A stretch of 64,000 nucleotides of DNA from Bacteroidales bacterium (GCA_007134675.1 SLKJ01000012.1:6513-70512), one strand, 5' to 3'. Counted from the stretch's first letter, positions 35,126 to 45,802 are shown. The notes: generated from the letters alone by a model not told the origin. Translations and numbers: made by a program.

Positions 35126-36523
35126 TTAGAATTCGGCATGATTGGGTGTTCTCGGGAAAGGGATTACATCTCTTATGTTACTCATTCCGGTGATAAAAAG
35201 CATCATCCTCTCGAAACCAAGCCCGAATCCTGAATGGGGGGCACTGCCAAAACGACGGGTGTCAAGATACCACCAGAGCTCCTCGCGCGGAATGCCGATT
35301 TCTTTTATCCGGTTCTCGAGTGCCTGAAGGTTCTCTTCCCGCTGTGACCCTCCGACGATCTCGCCTATGCGCGGGAAGAGCACATCCATTGCACGTACGG
35401 TGGTCCCGTCGTCATTCTGCTTCATGTAAAAGGCTTTTATTGCTTTCGGGTAGCCGGTAATGATGACAGGATTTTTGTAATGTTTTTCAACAAGGTACCG
35501 CTCATGCTCTGACTGAAGGTCTGCTCCCCATTGCGTGGGGAACTCAAATTTCATTCCCGATGAGTTCAGTATATCTATGGCTTCAGTATAGGTTATCCTG
35601 ACAAAATCAGAGTCTGTAACAGAATTGAGCCTGCTCAGCAGCTCCTTGTCATACATGTCGTTTAGAAACCTGAGGTCTTCAACGCAATGCTCGAGAGCAT
35701 AGTTTATAAGGTATTTGAGGAAATCCTCTGCAAGATCCATGTTGTCATGGATATCATAAAAAGCCATCTCGGGCTCTATCATCCAGAATTCCGCCAGATG
35801 CCTGGGTGTATTGGAATTCTCAGCACGGAATGTAGGGCCAAAGGTGTATACATCCGACAGCGCAAGGGCACCTATCTCGCCTTCAAGCTGGCCGGATACG
35901 GTCAGGTTGGTCTCCTTGCCGAAAAAATCTTCCCTGTAATTGATCCTTCCGTCTTCTGTTTTTGGTGGGTTCATTATATCAAGGGTTGTTACCCTGAACA
36001 TTTCTCCCGCTCCCTCGGCATCTGATCCTGTGATGATGGGGGTATGAAGGTAATAAAAGCCGTTGTCGTTAAAATATTTGTGAATAGAATAAGACATGGC
36101 ATGCCTGAGTCTCAGGATAGCTCCGAAGGTGTTGGTGCGGGGGCGCAGATGAGCTATCTCTCTTAGAAACTCCAGGGAATGGCCCTTCTTCTGCAGCGGG
36201 TATGTAACAGGATCGGCCGGCCCGTGAAGCTTTATTGATTTTGCCTGTATCTCAACGCTCTGCCCGCTGCCCGCGGATTGGGTAAGCGTGCCGGTAACCG
36301 AAATACATGCTCCCGTAGTAACCTGCTTGAGGAGATCTTCGTGAAAAGCGGGCACGTCGGCAACTATCTGGATGTTGTTTAATGTTGAGCCGTCATTGAG
36401 GGCTATAAAGGCAATTTTTTTGCTGCCACGCCGGGTTCTTACCCAGCCCATGACAGTAATCTCTTTTGCCACTTCACATGAAGTCAGCGCCTCTCTTACC
36501 CTGGTTCTTCTTTTTATACTCAT
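35126..36523 (-). CDS. asnS: Asparagine--tRNA ligase
   Basis: 465 aa. It is class IIb, with an N-terminal OB fold and the motifs [21 protein letters not shown] and [15 protein letters not shown]. Confidence 0.9.
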   Translation of the reverse strand: MSIKRRTRVREALTSCEVAKEITVMGWVRTRRGSKKIAFIALNDGSTLNNIQIVADVPAFHEDLLKQVTTGACISVTGTLTQSAGSGQSVEIQAKSIKLHGPADPVTYPLQKKGHSLEFLREIAHLRPRTNTFGAILRLRHAMSYSIHKYFNDNGFYYLHTPIITGSDAEGAGEMFRVTTLDIMNPPKTEDGRINYREDFFGKETNLTVSGQLEGEIGALALSDVYTFGPTFRAENSNTPRHLAEFWMIEPEMAFYDIHDNMDLAEDFLKYLINYALEHCVEDLRFLNDMYDKELLSRLNSVTDSDFVRITYTEAIDILNSSGMKFEFPTQWGADLQSEHERYLVEKHYKNPVIITGYPKAIKAFYMKQNDDGTTVRAMDVLFPRIGEIVGGSQREENLQALENRIKEIGIPREELWWYLDTRRFGSAPHSGFGLGFERMMLFITGMSNIRDVIPFPRTPNHAEF

Positions 36524-36602
36524 TGTTTGTAAGTTGTTGTTCGTATAGAATATATTTTGTTGTTGTTCAGATATATCTCTTACATTGTCCGGTAATTCTG
36601 TG

Positions 36603-36610
36603 CAAAAATA
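36603..36610 (-). promoter_or_regulatory. Candidate -7 promoter box TATTTTTG (minus strand) upstream of asnS
   Basis: The reverse complement of CAAAAATA matches TAnnTTTG. The box is 80 nt upstream of the asnS start. No well-spaced -33 element was found. Confidence 0.25.
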
Positions 36611-36797
36611 CGATTTTTGGCTTCAACCGGAAATATTAATTTACAGATGTCAGACTGGCTGATGTTTTTATGGTGCATTGTTTTTGATTTTCTTATGCTG
36701 AAAATCAGATGACAATAAGGTAACTTTCTTCAGATTATAACGTATAGTATATTATTTTAAAGGATAAGAAATTCATCAATAACAAATCATAAGATTC

Positions 36798-37646
36798 ATG
36801 AAAAAGGCAGATAAGGTGCTGTTTGTAACCTACGATTTTACCCCGGTATCAGATAATGCGCTGTCTCATGCGCTACGTATTTCGAAATATACAGACTCCC
36901 CGATCAGACTGCTGCATGTGGTTGAAGAAGGTACCGGCCACGAACAGAAAAAAGAAGAGGCAGAAAACAAACTTAAATTGTTGTGCGAAGCTTTTCGTGG
37001 CAAGAATGACTTAATAAATCTGGATTTCGCAGTACTTAAGGGATCCATCTTCAATACCATCGGGAAGTATGCCTCTGAAAATGAAGCCATAATGGTGATA
37101 ATGGGCACACATGGTATCAAGGGAATGCAGAAACTTACCGGGAGCTGGGCACTGAAAGTTATAGTGAAGAGCAAGGTCCCGTTTCTCGTTGTTCAGGAAA
37201 AGCCCTCTGAAAAGCACCGTTTCACCGACATAGTGTTTCCGATCGATTTCAAGGCTGAAACCAGGGAAAAGCTCTACTGGGCGATCTATCTTGGAAAATA
37301 TTTCAATTCCAGGGTGCATCTCTTCAAACCCCCGATTACCGATAAGTCAATTGTCAAAATGATCAATACTAATTTTAACTTTGCGATCAGGTACCTGATA
37401 CAGAATGATATAGAATATAAGATACATGTTGGGAAGAAATCGGGTGATTTTTCGAAAGAGACTATCTCCTTTGCCCAGGAGATTGATGCTGACCTGATCC
37501 TTATTACCACCAGTAAGAATGTTCATATGACGGACTTTTTATTCGGCCTTCCGGAACAGGAGATAATAGCTAACAGTGCAAAGATTCCGGTTATGGCAGT
37601 AAATCCGCGTGTTGGAGTCTCATCAATAAGCTCGGTGATGTATTAG
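36798..37646 (+). CDS. Universal stress protein (tandem UspA domains)
   Basis: 282 aa. Two Usp-like halves, the first containing VIMGTHGIKGMQKLTGSWALKVI and the second LILITTSKNV ... ANSAKIPVMAV. Confidence 0.7.
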   Translation: MKKADKVLFVTYDFTPVSDNALSHALRISKYTDSPIRLLHVVEEGTGHEQKKEEAENKLKLLCEAFRGKNDLINLDFAVLKGSIFNTIGKYASENEAIMVIMGTHGIKGMQKLTGSWALKVIVKSKVPFLVVQEKPSEKHRFTDIVFPIDFKAETREKLYWAIYLGKYFNSRVHLFKPPITDKSIVKMINTNFNFAIRYLIQNDIEYKIHVGKKSGDFSKETISFAQEIDADLILITTSKNVHMTDFLFGLPEQEIIANSAKIPVMAVNPRVGVSSISSVMY

Positions 37647-37655
37647 GCGGGGAGA

Positions 37656-38537
37656 TTAATCCTCGTTAAGAAGCAATTCCTTTGCCTCTTTGAGATTCTT
37701 TCTGTCTTTGGGACCGACTTCCGGATATTTCAGGTCCAGCTTTTCAAGGGTCTGAACAAGGATATCGCATACAGCAGTGCGCATGAACCATTTATGGTCG
37801 GCAGGAATAATATACCATGGTGCATGTGGTGTGGAAGTTCTGTTAATAGCCTTCTCAAATGCCTGTTGATAGACATCCCACTTTCTTCTTTCGTTAATAT
37901 CATTTATGGTGAATTTCCAGTTTTTCTTCTTGTTGTTGATGCGTGACAGAAACCTTGCCTTCTGCTCCTGTCTGGAAAGGTGAAGGAAAAATTTGAGTAT
38001 TATGGTTCCGCTGTCGGACTGCTGTTTTTCAAAATTATTGATATGATTATAACGATTTTCCCAGAACTCTTCGGTTATGTCGTCCACACTGTATAAACCG
38101 GGTATATTCTGTTTGATCAGAAATTCAGGATGAACACGGGTGATTAAAACCTCTTCGTAATAGGAGCGGTTGAAAATTCCAATCCGTCCCCTTTCCGGCA
38201 TCCTTTTGGTTGTTCTCCAGAGGAAGTCGTGAGAAAGCTCTTCTGCGGAAGGTGTTTTAAAACTGAATACCTGGCAGCCCTGAGGGTTTATTCCCGACAT
38301 CACATGCTTAATGGTTCCGTCCTTGCCGGCAGCATCCATGGCCTGAAAGATTATCAGGATTGAATGACGGCTGTAGGCGTAGAGCATGTCCTGAAGCTTT
38401 GCTGTTCTTTTTACATCCCTTTTGAGCATTTTTTTTGCTTCAGCCGGTGTGGCGAAATTGCCGGTATAGGCGGTATCATATTCTTTAAGAAGTATTTTCT
38501 TGCCAGGTGTGGCTACAATCTTTCCCAGATCAAACAT
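37656..38537 (-). CDS. Polyphosphate kinase 2 family protein (polyphosphate:nucleotide phosphotransferase)
   Basis: 293 aa. The Walker-A-like motif is ILIIFQAMDAAGKDGTIKHV, with the PPK2 signatures FLWR and IGIFNRSYYE. Confidence 0.8.
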   Translation of the reverse strand: MFDLGKIVATPGKKILLKEYDTAYTGNFATPAEAKKMLKRDVKRTAKLQDMLYAYSRHSILIIFQAMDAAGKDGTIKHVMSGINPQGCQVFSFKTPSAEELSHDFLWRTTKRMPERGRIGIFNRSYYEEVLITRVHPEFLIKQNIPGLYSVDDITEEFWENRYNHINNFEKQQSDSGTIILKFFLHLSRQEQKARFLSRINNKKKNWKFTINDINERRKWDVYQQAFEKAINRTSTPHAPWYIIPADHKWFMRTAVCDILVQTLEKLDLKYPEVGPKDRKNLKEAKELLLNED

Positions 38538-38651
38538 AATGCCGGTTTTTGGGTTATTTGACGGTTAAGTTAGGAAAAAAGATGTATAAATTAAACTCTT
38601 GTTGTAATTTTATATTTTAGAGGTGTTAAAGAGAACTGACACTATAAGGTG

Positions 38652-38663
38652 GTCTGATCAGAC
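38652..38663. repeat. 12-bp perfect palindrome GTCTGATCAGAC just upstream of the ABC ATPase gene
   Basis: Read directly. It ends 17 nt before the ATG at 38681. Confidence 0.5.
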
Positions 38664-38680
38664 TAAAAAATATTTGAATT

Positions 38681-39589
38681 ATGCCGGTAGAAGTTAGAAA
38701 TGTTGTAAAACGGTATGGCAGCCAGCTTGCTCTTGATGATGTCTCTTTTGATATCGGAAGCGGTCAGGTGCTTGGTTTCCTTGGACCCAATGGTGCGGGA
38801 AAGACCACTATGATGAGGATCATCACAGGTATTATCCCAGCTGATTCAGGCAGGGTTATGGTCAACGGGGTCGATGTAATGGAGGATTCGCTCAGGGTCA
38901 GGCAAAGAATAGGTTACCTTCCGGAGAACAATCCGCTCTATACTGATATGTATGTAAGGGAGTACCTGCACTTTGTTGCCGGTATGTACAAACTGGCAGA
39001 CAGGAAAAAGAGAGTAGGACGGTTGATTGAGATGACAGGGCTGGACAAAGAGCAGCACAAGAAGATAGCCTCTCTGTCAAAAGGGTACCGGCAGAGGGTC
39101 GGACTGGCTCAGGCACTTATAAATGACCCCGATGTTCTGATACTGGATGAGCCTACCGGGGGTCTTGATCCAAATCAGATTGTGGAGATAAGGAGCCTTA
39201 TTGCCTCGGCCGGAAAGAAAAAGACGGTCATGCTCTCCACCCATATCATGCAGGAAGTGGAAGCTATTTGCGACAGGATAATAATCATCCGGGAGGGCAG
39301 GATTGTGGCCAATGATACCAGGGAGAACATAATCCGGATGAGTTCCCTGAAAAAGCAGATAGTGTCAGTTGAGTTCGATAACGATCTGGATCCCGAAACG
39401 TTGATGGAGATTCCGGGTGCAGAGAAAGTGAGAAATGTTAAAGGCAGGAGTTGGGTGATAGAGAGCAGTTCTGATAAGGATATACGCGCCGGGGTGTTCG
39501 GGTTTGCAGTGCAGAAAAATATAACAGTTCTTTCTCTTCAAAAGGAGGAAAAGAACCTTGAGAGCATATTCCAGGAACTGACAAGATAA
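38681..39589 (+). CDS. ABC transporter ATP-binding protein, GldA-like
   Basis: 302 aa. Walker A is GPNGAGKTT, the signature is LSKGYRQR, and Walker B is LILDEP. The ~80-aa C-terminal extension ending LESIFQELT is like gliding-motility GldA/ABC-2 ATPases. No adjacent permease gene is present. Confidence 0.65.
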   Translation: MPVEVRNVVKRYGSQLALDDVSFDIGSGQVLGFLGPNGAGKTTMMRIITGIIPADSGRVMVNGVDVMEDSLRVRQRIGYLPENNPLYTDMYVREYLHFVAGMYKLADRKKRVGRLIEMTGLDKEQHKKIASLSKGYRQRVGLAQALINDPDVLILDEPTGGLDPNQIVEIRSLIASAGKKKTVMLSTHIMQEVEAICDRIIIIREGRIVANDTRENIIRMSSLKKQIVSVEFDNDLDPETLMEIPGAEKVRNVKGRSWVIESSSDKDIRAGVFGFAVQKNITVLSLQKEEKNLESIFQELTR

Positions 39590-39796
39590 GCCAGGGTACT
39601 GCATATTGTTTATTTTCCCGATATAAAGCTGTTTGTTATTCAGATAAATATTCTGTAGCTTTGGCGCGTTAATTTCAGGTGGACGGATTTGACTGATTGC
39701 AACCACAGAAAAAAATGCTAAAATGTATTTCCATTCTGCCAACAATCACCATCAAGGTCCCCCATTATCATAATTATAAATTAAATCTTGCTTAAT

Positions 39797-41089
39797 ATGG
39801 CATATTTATTTACTTCTGAGTCGGTGTCGGAGGGACACCCGGACAAAATTGCCGATCAGATATCCGATGCGCTGCTGGACGAGTTCCTGAGGCATGATCC
39901 CGAATCGAAGGTGGCATGTGAAACGCTTGTAACCACCGGATTGATTGTGTGCAGCGGTGAGGTGAAAACCGATGGTTATGTTGACATTCAAAAGGTTGCC
40001 CGAAATACGGTCCGGCGTATCGGTTATACCCGGTCTGAATATCAATTTGAGGCTGAATCATGTGGTGTAATATCCTGCATTCATGAACAGAGTTCAGATA
40101 TAAGCCAGGGCGTTGAACGCAGTAATTGTGAAAACCAGGGTGCAGGTGACCAGGGCATGATGTTCGGTTACGCGATAAGGGAAATGGAAAATTTTATGCC
40201 CCTGCCTGTCCAGCTGTCCCATGTAATTCTTAAAGAGCTTGCTGCCATACGGCGTGAGGGACGTCAGATGACCTACCTGCGACCCGATTCCAAGGCACAG
40301 GTTACAGTTGAATATGATCAGGACAATGTGGCAATGAAACTCAATACACTGGTTGTTTCCACACAGCATGATCCCTTTGAAGGAACCGATGCTGACATGC
40401 AGAAACATATTGAAGAGGACATCAGAAATATCCTTATACCAAGGGTGAGGAATTCGAAAAGCGTGCCGGAGAAGATCAGGGAGCTCTTTGACGACGGATA
40501 CAGGATACTGGTTAATCCTACCGGGAAGTTTGTTATTGGCGGTCCCCACGGTGATACCGGGCTTACGGGCAGAAAGATCATTGTTGATACCTACGGAGGT
40601 AAGGGAGCACATGGCGGCGGGGCATTTTCCGGAAAAGACGCTTCCAAGGTAGACCGTTCTGCTGCCTATGCTGCAAGGCACATAGCCAAAAACCTTGTTG
40701 CAGCAGGAATAGCAGATGAGATGTTAGTGCAGGTGGCATATGCCATCGGTGTTGCCGAGCCTGTAGGCCTGTATGTAAACACCTATGGAACAGCCAATGT
40801 GGATGCCGGCGATCCTGAAATATCAACAATTGTCAGTGAATTATTTGACCTGCGTCCATGGTCAATAATCAGACGTTACGGCCTGAAAAATCCGGTTTAT
40901 GAAAAAACTGCCTCATACGGGCACTTTGGTCGCACACCCCACAGAGCTGAGGTAGAGGTTTATTACCAGGATGAGGAAACCTATTCAAAAGTTATAAACG
41001 GAATACAGCGCCATTTCAAAATGGTTGATATGTTTGCCTGGGAGAAACTTGATGAGGTAGAGAGAATCAGGAAAGCTTTCGGGGTTTGA
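39797..41089 (+). CDS. metK: S-adenosylmethionine synthase
   Basis: 430 aa from the ATG at 39797. Motifs are FTSESVSEGHPDKIADQISDA, GAGDQGMMFGYA, GGPHGDTGLTGRKIIVDTYGG and GGGAFSGKD. Confidence 0.95.
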   Translation: MAYLFTSESVSEGHPDKIADQISDALLDEFLRHDPESKVACETLVTTGLIVCSGEVKTDGYVDIQKVARNTVRRIGYTRSEYQFEAESCGVISCIHEQSSDISQGVERSNCENQGAGDQGMMFGYAIREMENFMPLPVQLSHVILKELAAIRREGRQMTYLRPDSKAQVTVEYDQDNVAMKLNTLVVSTQHDPFEGTDADMQKHIEEDIRNILIPRVRNSKSVPEKIRELFDDGYRILVNPTGKFVIGGPHGDTGLTGRKIIVDTYGGKGAHGGGAFSGKDASKVDRSAAYAARHIAKNLVAAGIADEMLVQVAYAIGVAEPVGLYVNTYGTANVDAGDPEISTIVSELFDLRPWSIIRRYGLKNPVYEKTASYGHFGRTPHRAEVEVYYQDEETYSKVINGIQRHFKMVDMFAWEKLDEVERIRKAFGV

Positions 41090-41093
41090 AACC

Positions 41094-41119
41094 AACCGGC
41101 ACGAGCAGATATGCCGGTT
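41094..41119 (+). terminator. Hairpin after metK (AACCGGCA-N10-TGCCGGTT)
   Basis: Read directly. The 8-bp GC-rich stem starts 5 nt after the metK stop. No strong U-tract follows. Confidence 0.35.
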
Positions 41120-41207
41120 ATTCATGAAAGCAGTAATATTTTTAATCTGATCCTTTGACGGCAGTGAATATTGCCTTATTTTTAACTCTATTTTAAAAAT
41201 AAATCGG

Positions 41208-43313
41208 GTGATCATAAGGCGAAGTCTGTTTATTCTTTTGGTTCTCTTATTTTCAGCTGACCTCCATTCAATGGAAATGCAGGGAGGCCGCAGCTATTTC
41301 CTGATTAAACCGGTAAAGGAAGGAGACCCCGGGTTTGCGGGGGACCGGCAGCATGGAAAGGCTGGTGAGCCGGTCAAACCTGTCAGGGCAAGGGTTGTGG
41401 ATGAGAGATCACAACCCGTAGTTGGTATTCCTGTTGTTTTTGAGGTGGTGGATTATCCCTCCGGTGGAGGCAATTATCAGATTGAACGGAGAATGGTGCC
41501 AACTGACTCTTCCGGCTTTTCTGTTGTAAATTTCAGATTAGGGACGGCAGGAGGTGAGTATCATATTATTGCACGTATACGTTCAGCGGAGGAGGAGAAC
41601 CTCCAGCTTTACACCATATTTGCGCGTGAACCGGACTGGTTGTTTTTTTTATTTGTCGGACTGGTTGGGGGACTGGCACTGTTTCTGCTTGGGATGGAAG
41701 TTATGAGTCGGGGACTCCTGCGGTCAGCGGGAGATAAGATGAGAAACATCCTGGGAAATCTTACCAATAACAAGTTAAAGGCCATGGGCCTGGGTGCCTT
41801 TGTCACTATGGTGATACAGAGCAGCAGTGCCACAAACGTAATGCTTGTAAGCTTTGTCAATGCCGGACTGATGATGTTCAGGCAAACGCCCGGGATAATC
41901 CTCGGGGCAGCTATCGGCACTACTGTGACAGCACAGCTTATTGCTTTCAGGCTCACCGATTTCTCGCTTTTATTCATTGCTGCGGGATTTGCACTGCACA
42001 CTTTTGCAGGAAGGGAACAGTACAGGAATACCGGAGATTCACTAATGGGCTTTGGCATTCTCTTTTTTGGAATGCATATAATGTCGGAGGCAATGTACCC
42101 TCTCCGTACTTTTGACCCATTTATTCAGATTCTTCTGAAACTGGAAAACCCGCTGCTGGGAATACTTGTCGGCACCCTGTTCACGGCTCTTATACAAAGC
42201 AGCTCTGCTTTTGTGGGGATAATGATAATACTGGGGATGCAGGGCCTGATAAGCCTGGAGGCTTCAATACCCCTTCTTTTCGGTGCAAATATCGGAACTG
42301 CTGTGACTGCCGCCATGGCAAGCATAAAAGCAGGGCGTGAAGCCAGAAAGGTTGCACTTGCAGTAGGACTGATCAAAATTTTCGGGGTGCTGGTTTTTGT
42401 ATGGTGGATAAAACCTTTCGCCTCTCTGGTGGAGATGCTGTCTCCGGCTGCAACGGGAGGCACGGACGAGCTGGCGGAACTGTCGGAAGTGATACCGAGA
42501 CAGATTGCCAATGCACATACTTTTTATAATGTCATTGCAGCATTGCTGGTTTTGCCATTTACCAGTTTTGTATCCGGTGTGGTGGAAAGGATAATGCCGG
42601 AAGTGAAGAGGGAGGAGGAGCCGGCATTCAACCTCAACTATCTGGATGAGAGCATGCTTAAGACACCTGTTATGGCTCTCAGCCTGGCTGAAAAGGAGAC
42701 TGTCAGAATGGGAAAGGTGGTACATGAGATGGTAATCGCTATCATGCCCGTTTTTCTTGAAAAGAATCCGGATGCACTTGCTGACATTGAACTGGGGGAG
42801 AAGAAAGTAAATTTTCTGCGTGATCACATCAATGCATACCTTCTTAAGATCTCACGTGCCGGTGCAAGGGAGGAGAGGGTGAATGAATCATTTCAGATCC
42901 TTTATACTGTTAAGGAGCTGGAACTGATAGCCGATGTGGTATCAACCTCAATGTATGATAAAGCCAGATACTGGCTGTCGGAAGAGCACTCCTTCAGTGA
43001 TGAGGGCAGACAGGAACTGGTGGATTATCACGGGAAAACATGTAAACAGATAAAGAGGGCTGTAGAGGTTTTCAATGAAGTTAATATGGAAAAGGCAATG
43101 CATATGAAACAAAAATACAAGGAGTACAGAAGCATTGCATTTGAGTTTGAAAAACAGCATTATGAACGGCTGAAAATGGAGGACCCTGATACCCTGACGA
43201 GTTCCAAAACTCACCTCGAGCTGATGTCAATGTTGAGAAATATCTCCTCTCATGCTACCAACATAGCCAGGATCCTGCTGCACTGGAATAAGGATGACGA
43301 AAGCGAAAAATAA
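41208..43313 (+). CDS. Na/Pi cotransporter family protein (NptA/YjbB-like, PhoU-like C-terminus) with extra N-terminal Ig-like domain
   Basis: 701 aa with a GTG start. The core has GMEVMSRGLLRSAGDKMRNIL and two IQSSSA repeats (IQSSSATNVMLV, IQSSSAFVGIMI), followed by a C-terminal helical PhoU-like region. Residues ~1-140 comprise a signal-like helix plus a beta-rich segment. Confidence 0.8.
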   Translation: MIIRRSLFILLVLLFSADLHSMEMQGGRSYFLIKPVKEGDPGFAGDRQHGKAGEPVKPVRARVVDERSQPVVGIPVVFEVVDYPSGGGNYQIERRMVPTDSSGFSVVNFRLGTAGGEYHIIARIRSAEEENLQLYTIFAREPDWLFFLFVGLVGGLALFLLGMEVMSRGLLRSAGDKMRNILGNLTNNKLKAMGLGAFVTMVIQSSSATNVMLVSFVNAGLMMFRQTPGIILGAAIGTTVTAQLIAFRLTDFSLLFIAAGFALHTFAGREQYRNTGDSLMGFGILFFGMHIMSEAMYPLRTFDPFIQILLKLENPLLGILVGTLFTALIQSSSAFVGIMIILGMQGLISLEASIPLLFGANIGTAVTAAMASIKAGREARKVALAVGLIKIFGVLVFVWWIKPFASLVEMLSPAATGGTDELAELSEVIPRQIANAHTFYNVIAALLVLPFTSFVSGVVERIMPEVKREEEPAFNLNYLDESMLKTPVMALSLAEKETVRMGKVVHEMVIAIMPVFLEKNPDALADIELGEKKVNFLRDHINAYLLKISRAGAREERVNESFQILYTVKELELIADVVSTSMYDKARYWLSEEHSFSDEGRQELVDYHGKTCKQIKRAVEVFNEVNMEKAMHMKQKYKEYRSIAFEFEKQHYERLKMEDPDTLTSSKTHLELMSMLRNISSHATNIARILLHWNKDDESEK

Positions 43314-43338
43314 CTGCGACAGAAATTATTTTAATATT

Positions 43339-44511
43339 ATGGAGCAATATACTCTTGTTGAAGTAAACGATAAAATGAGCAGAAAAGAGTTCCTTCTGCT
43401 GCCCGTCAGGTTGTACAAAGATGAAATGAACTGGATACGCCCCCTTGACCAGGATGTAGAAAAGGTATTTGATCCAAAGGTCAATAAATCATTCCGGCAG
43501 GGCGAATGTATACGCTGGATACTGACAAACGGAAGCGGAGAGACAGTGGGCCGGGTGGCTGCTTTTTACGATAAAAAGGTCGCACTTAACAATGAGCAGC
43601 CAACCGGGGGAATGGGTTTTTTTGAGTGCATCAATGACAGGCCGGCCGCATTCATCCTTTTCGACGCCTGCAGGCAATGGCTTGAAGGAAAGGGAATGGA
43701 GGCCATGGAGGGGCCGGTGAATTTCGGGGACAGGGACAGGTGGTGGGGACTGCTGGTGGAGGGATTTTCAGAGCCCAACTATTGTATGCCCTGGAACCAT
43801 GGATATTATAAAGATTTATTTGAGGAGTACGGGTTTAAAAATTATTATAACCAGTATACTTTCCGCAGGAATATCGGTATTGACGGCTTTCATCCGGCGA
43901 TATTGGAGAAGGCTGAAAGGGTTTACCGTAACCCTGATTATTTGTTCAGACATGTTGATAAGAATAATCTTGAAAAAGCCGCCGATGATTTTCGCATAGT
44001 ATATAATCAGGCCTGGGCTAAGATACCGGGCATCAAGGAGGTAACAAAAGCCCATGCAATGGCCCTGCTGCAGTCATTTAAGCCAATAATGGATGAAAGA
44101 CTTATCTGGTTTGCCTATCATAAGGAAGAGCCTATTGGATTTTATATTATGATACCAGAGATAAACCAGATAATAAGACACCTGAATGGGAATCTCAACC
44201 TTATCGGGAAAATGAAGTTTTTATACCATAAGTGGAGAAAAACCTGCAGAAAAGCTTACGGGGTAATATTCGGTGTAGTGCCCAGATTCCAGGCAAAGGG
44301 TATCGAAGGGGGGATGATTAAGGCTTTTGCCGATATTGCCGTGACACCGGGCTTTCAGTATAATGATTTGGAGCTTAACTGGATAGGGGATTTTAACCCG
44401 GCAATGATAAAGCTGGCCAATCAGCTGGCATTTAAAGTTATAAAAACCCACGTAACATGGAGGTTCCTGTTTGACAGGGAAAAAGAGTTCAAAAGGGCAA
44501 AAATCCTGTAA
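43339..44511 (+). CDS. Uncharacterised protein, possibly GNAT-like acyltransferase fold
   Basis: 390 aa from the ATG at 43339 (the ORF track starts at 43294). It carries no diagnostic motif I can name. The segment FGVVPRFQAKGIEGGMIKAF resembles the GNAT acyl-CoA-binding region only weakly. Confidence 0.3.
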   Translation: MEQYTLVEVNDKMSRKEFLLLPVRLYKDEMNWIRPLDQDVEKVFDPKVNKSFRQGECIRWILTNGSGETVGRVAAFYDKKVALNNEQPTGGMGFFECINDRPAAFILFDACRQWLEGKGMEAMEGPVNFGDRDRWWGLLVEGFSEPNYCMPWNHGYYKDLFEEYGFKNYYNQYTFRRNIGIDGFHPAILEKAERVYRNPDYLFRHVDKNNLEKAADDFRIVYNQAWAKIPGIKEVTKAHAMALLQSFKPIMDERLIWFAYHKEEPIGFYIMIPEINQIIRHLNGNLNLIGKMKFLYHKWRKTCRKAYGVIFGVVPRFQAKGIEGGMIKAFADIAVTPGFQYNDLELNWIGDFNPAMIKLANQLAFKVIKTHVTWRFLFDREKEFKRAKIL

Positions 44512-44571
44512 TTATAAGTGTGATAACCGAGGACAAACGGTCAGGTCTCCTGAGGATAGTTCCAGGTTCCC

Positions 44572-45654
44572 TTACTGCCTGTAGACAAATGCGTTTATAT
44601 GCATTCCTGCTCCCACTGAGGCAAAGATCAGTATATCGCCCTGATCGATGCTGTGATTTTTAAGGCTGCCCTTCAGTATCATGTCATAGAGCGTGGGGAC
44701 GGTGGCTACCGAGCTGTTCCCCAGTTCATGAATGTTCATGGGCATGACCTCTGAAATTTCAGGTCTCAGTCCGTAGAGCCTGAAAAATCTTTTAGCTATG
44801 GCTTCGTCCATCTTCTCATTGGCCTGGTGCAGCAGTATCTTTTTGACCTCACCGATAGGGACATCCGTCTTATCGAGTGCTGCTTTCATTGCCAGGGGCA
44901 CATTGGAAAGAGAGTATTCATAAATTTTTCTTCCATGCATTTTGATATAACGGATATCCGGATTGCTGTCCGGTGCGTTGGACTGGCCGAGATAAAGGTA
45001 ATAAGCCTCTTCGGTAGTGTTTGAAACAACCGCAGATGAAAGGAAGCCTGTCTTTTCGTTCGAATGGACCCCCTCAACTATGGCTGCACCGGCCCCGTCA
45101 GAAAAGATCATGGTGTCACGATCGTATTTGTCCACTACCCTGGAAAGTGTTTCCGACCCGATCACAAGGCACCGCTTTGCAAGGCCGGTACGTATAAAGG
45201 AATCCACATGGATGACTCCCTGTACCCATCCCGGACAGCCGAAAATTATGTCATATGCAACACAGCAGGGATTTTTTATCCCCAACTTGTTCTTTACCCT
45301 TGCTGCAAGACAGGGTAGTGCATCGGACTGGATAGTCCCTTTGATTACATCTCCGAAATTATGGGCGACTATTATGTAATCGAGGGTTTCCTGGTCAATG
45401 CCGGCATCTTTTATGGCCTCCCTGCCGGCAATGGTAGCTATGTCTGAGTTGGTCTGACCCTCAGACACCCATCTTCTCTCGGCTATGCCGGTAATGTCCC
45501 TGAACTTGTCTACTACCACCTCTCCCGGACTGTCTATTCTGCTTTTATCCTTTTCAAAAAAGGTCTGCCGGGTGAACTCAGAATTGGATATCTTTTCTGT
45601 GGGTATGTAGCTTCCCGTTCCGGTAATGACTGTATTCAAAAACTTCATGTGCAA
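44572..45654 (-). CDS. 3-oxoacyl-ACP synthase III family (KAS III / FabH-like)
   Basis: 360 aa. The active-site Cys context is IIFGCPGWVQG, the His is in LLHQANEKM, and the Asn is in HELGNSSVATVP. Confidence 0.8.
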   Translation of the reverse strand: MHMKFLNTVITGTGSYIPTEKISNSEFTRQTFFEKDKSRIDSPGEVVVDKFRDITGIAERRWVSEGQTNSDIATIAGREAIKDAGIDQETLDYIIVAHNFGDVIKGTIQSDALPCLAARVKNKLGIKNPCCVAYDIIFGCPGWVQGVIHVDSFIRTGLAKRCLVIGSETLSRVVDKYDRDTMIFSDGAGAAIVEGVHSNEKTGFLSSAVVSNTTEEAYYLYLGQSNAPDSNPDIRYIKMHGRKIYEYSLSNVPLAMKAALDKTDVPIGEVKKILLHQANEKMDEAIAKRFFRLYGLRPEISEVMPMNIHELGNSSVATVPTLYDMILKGSLKNHSIDQGDILIFASVGAGMHINAFVYRQ

Positions 45655-45802
45655 TTTCTTTTTCTTTTTATTACGGTATATTAAAAACTATGGCCAGTAA
45701 AATTATTAATCTTTTTTATATTGTCAGAACCTGTGATAATAATAATTATTGAACACGGTGTTTCCGGGGTCAGGTAGTAATGCTTTTTGGCATAAAAAAT
45801 TG

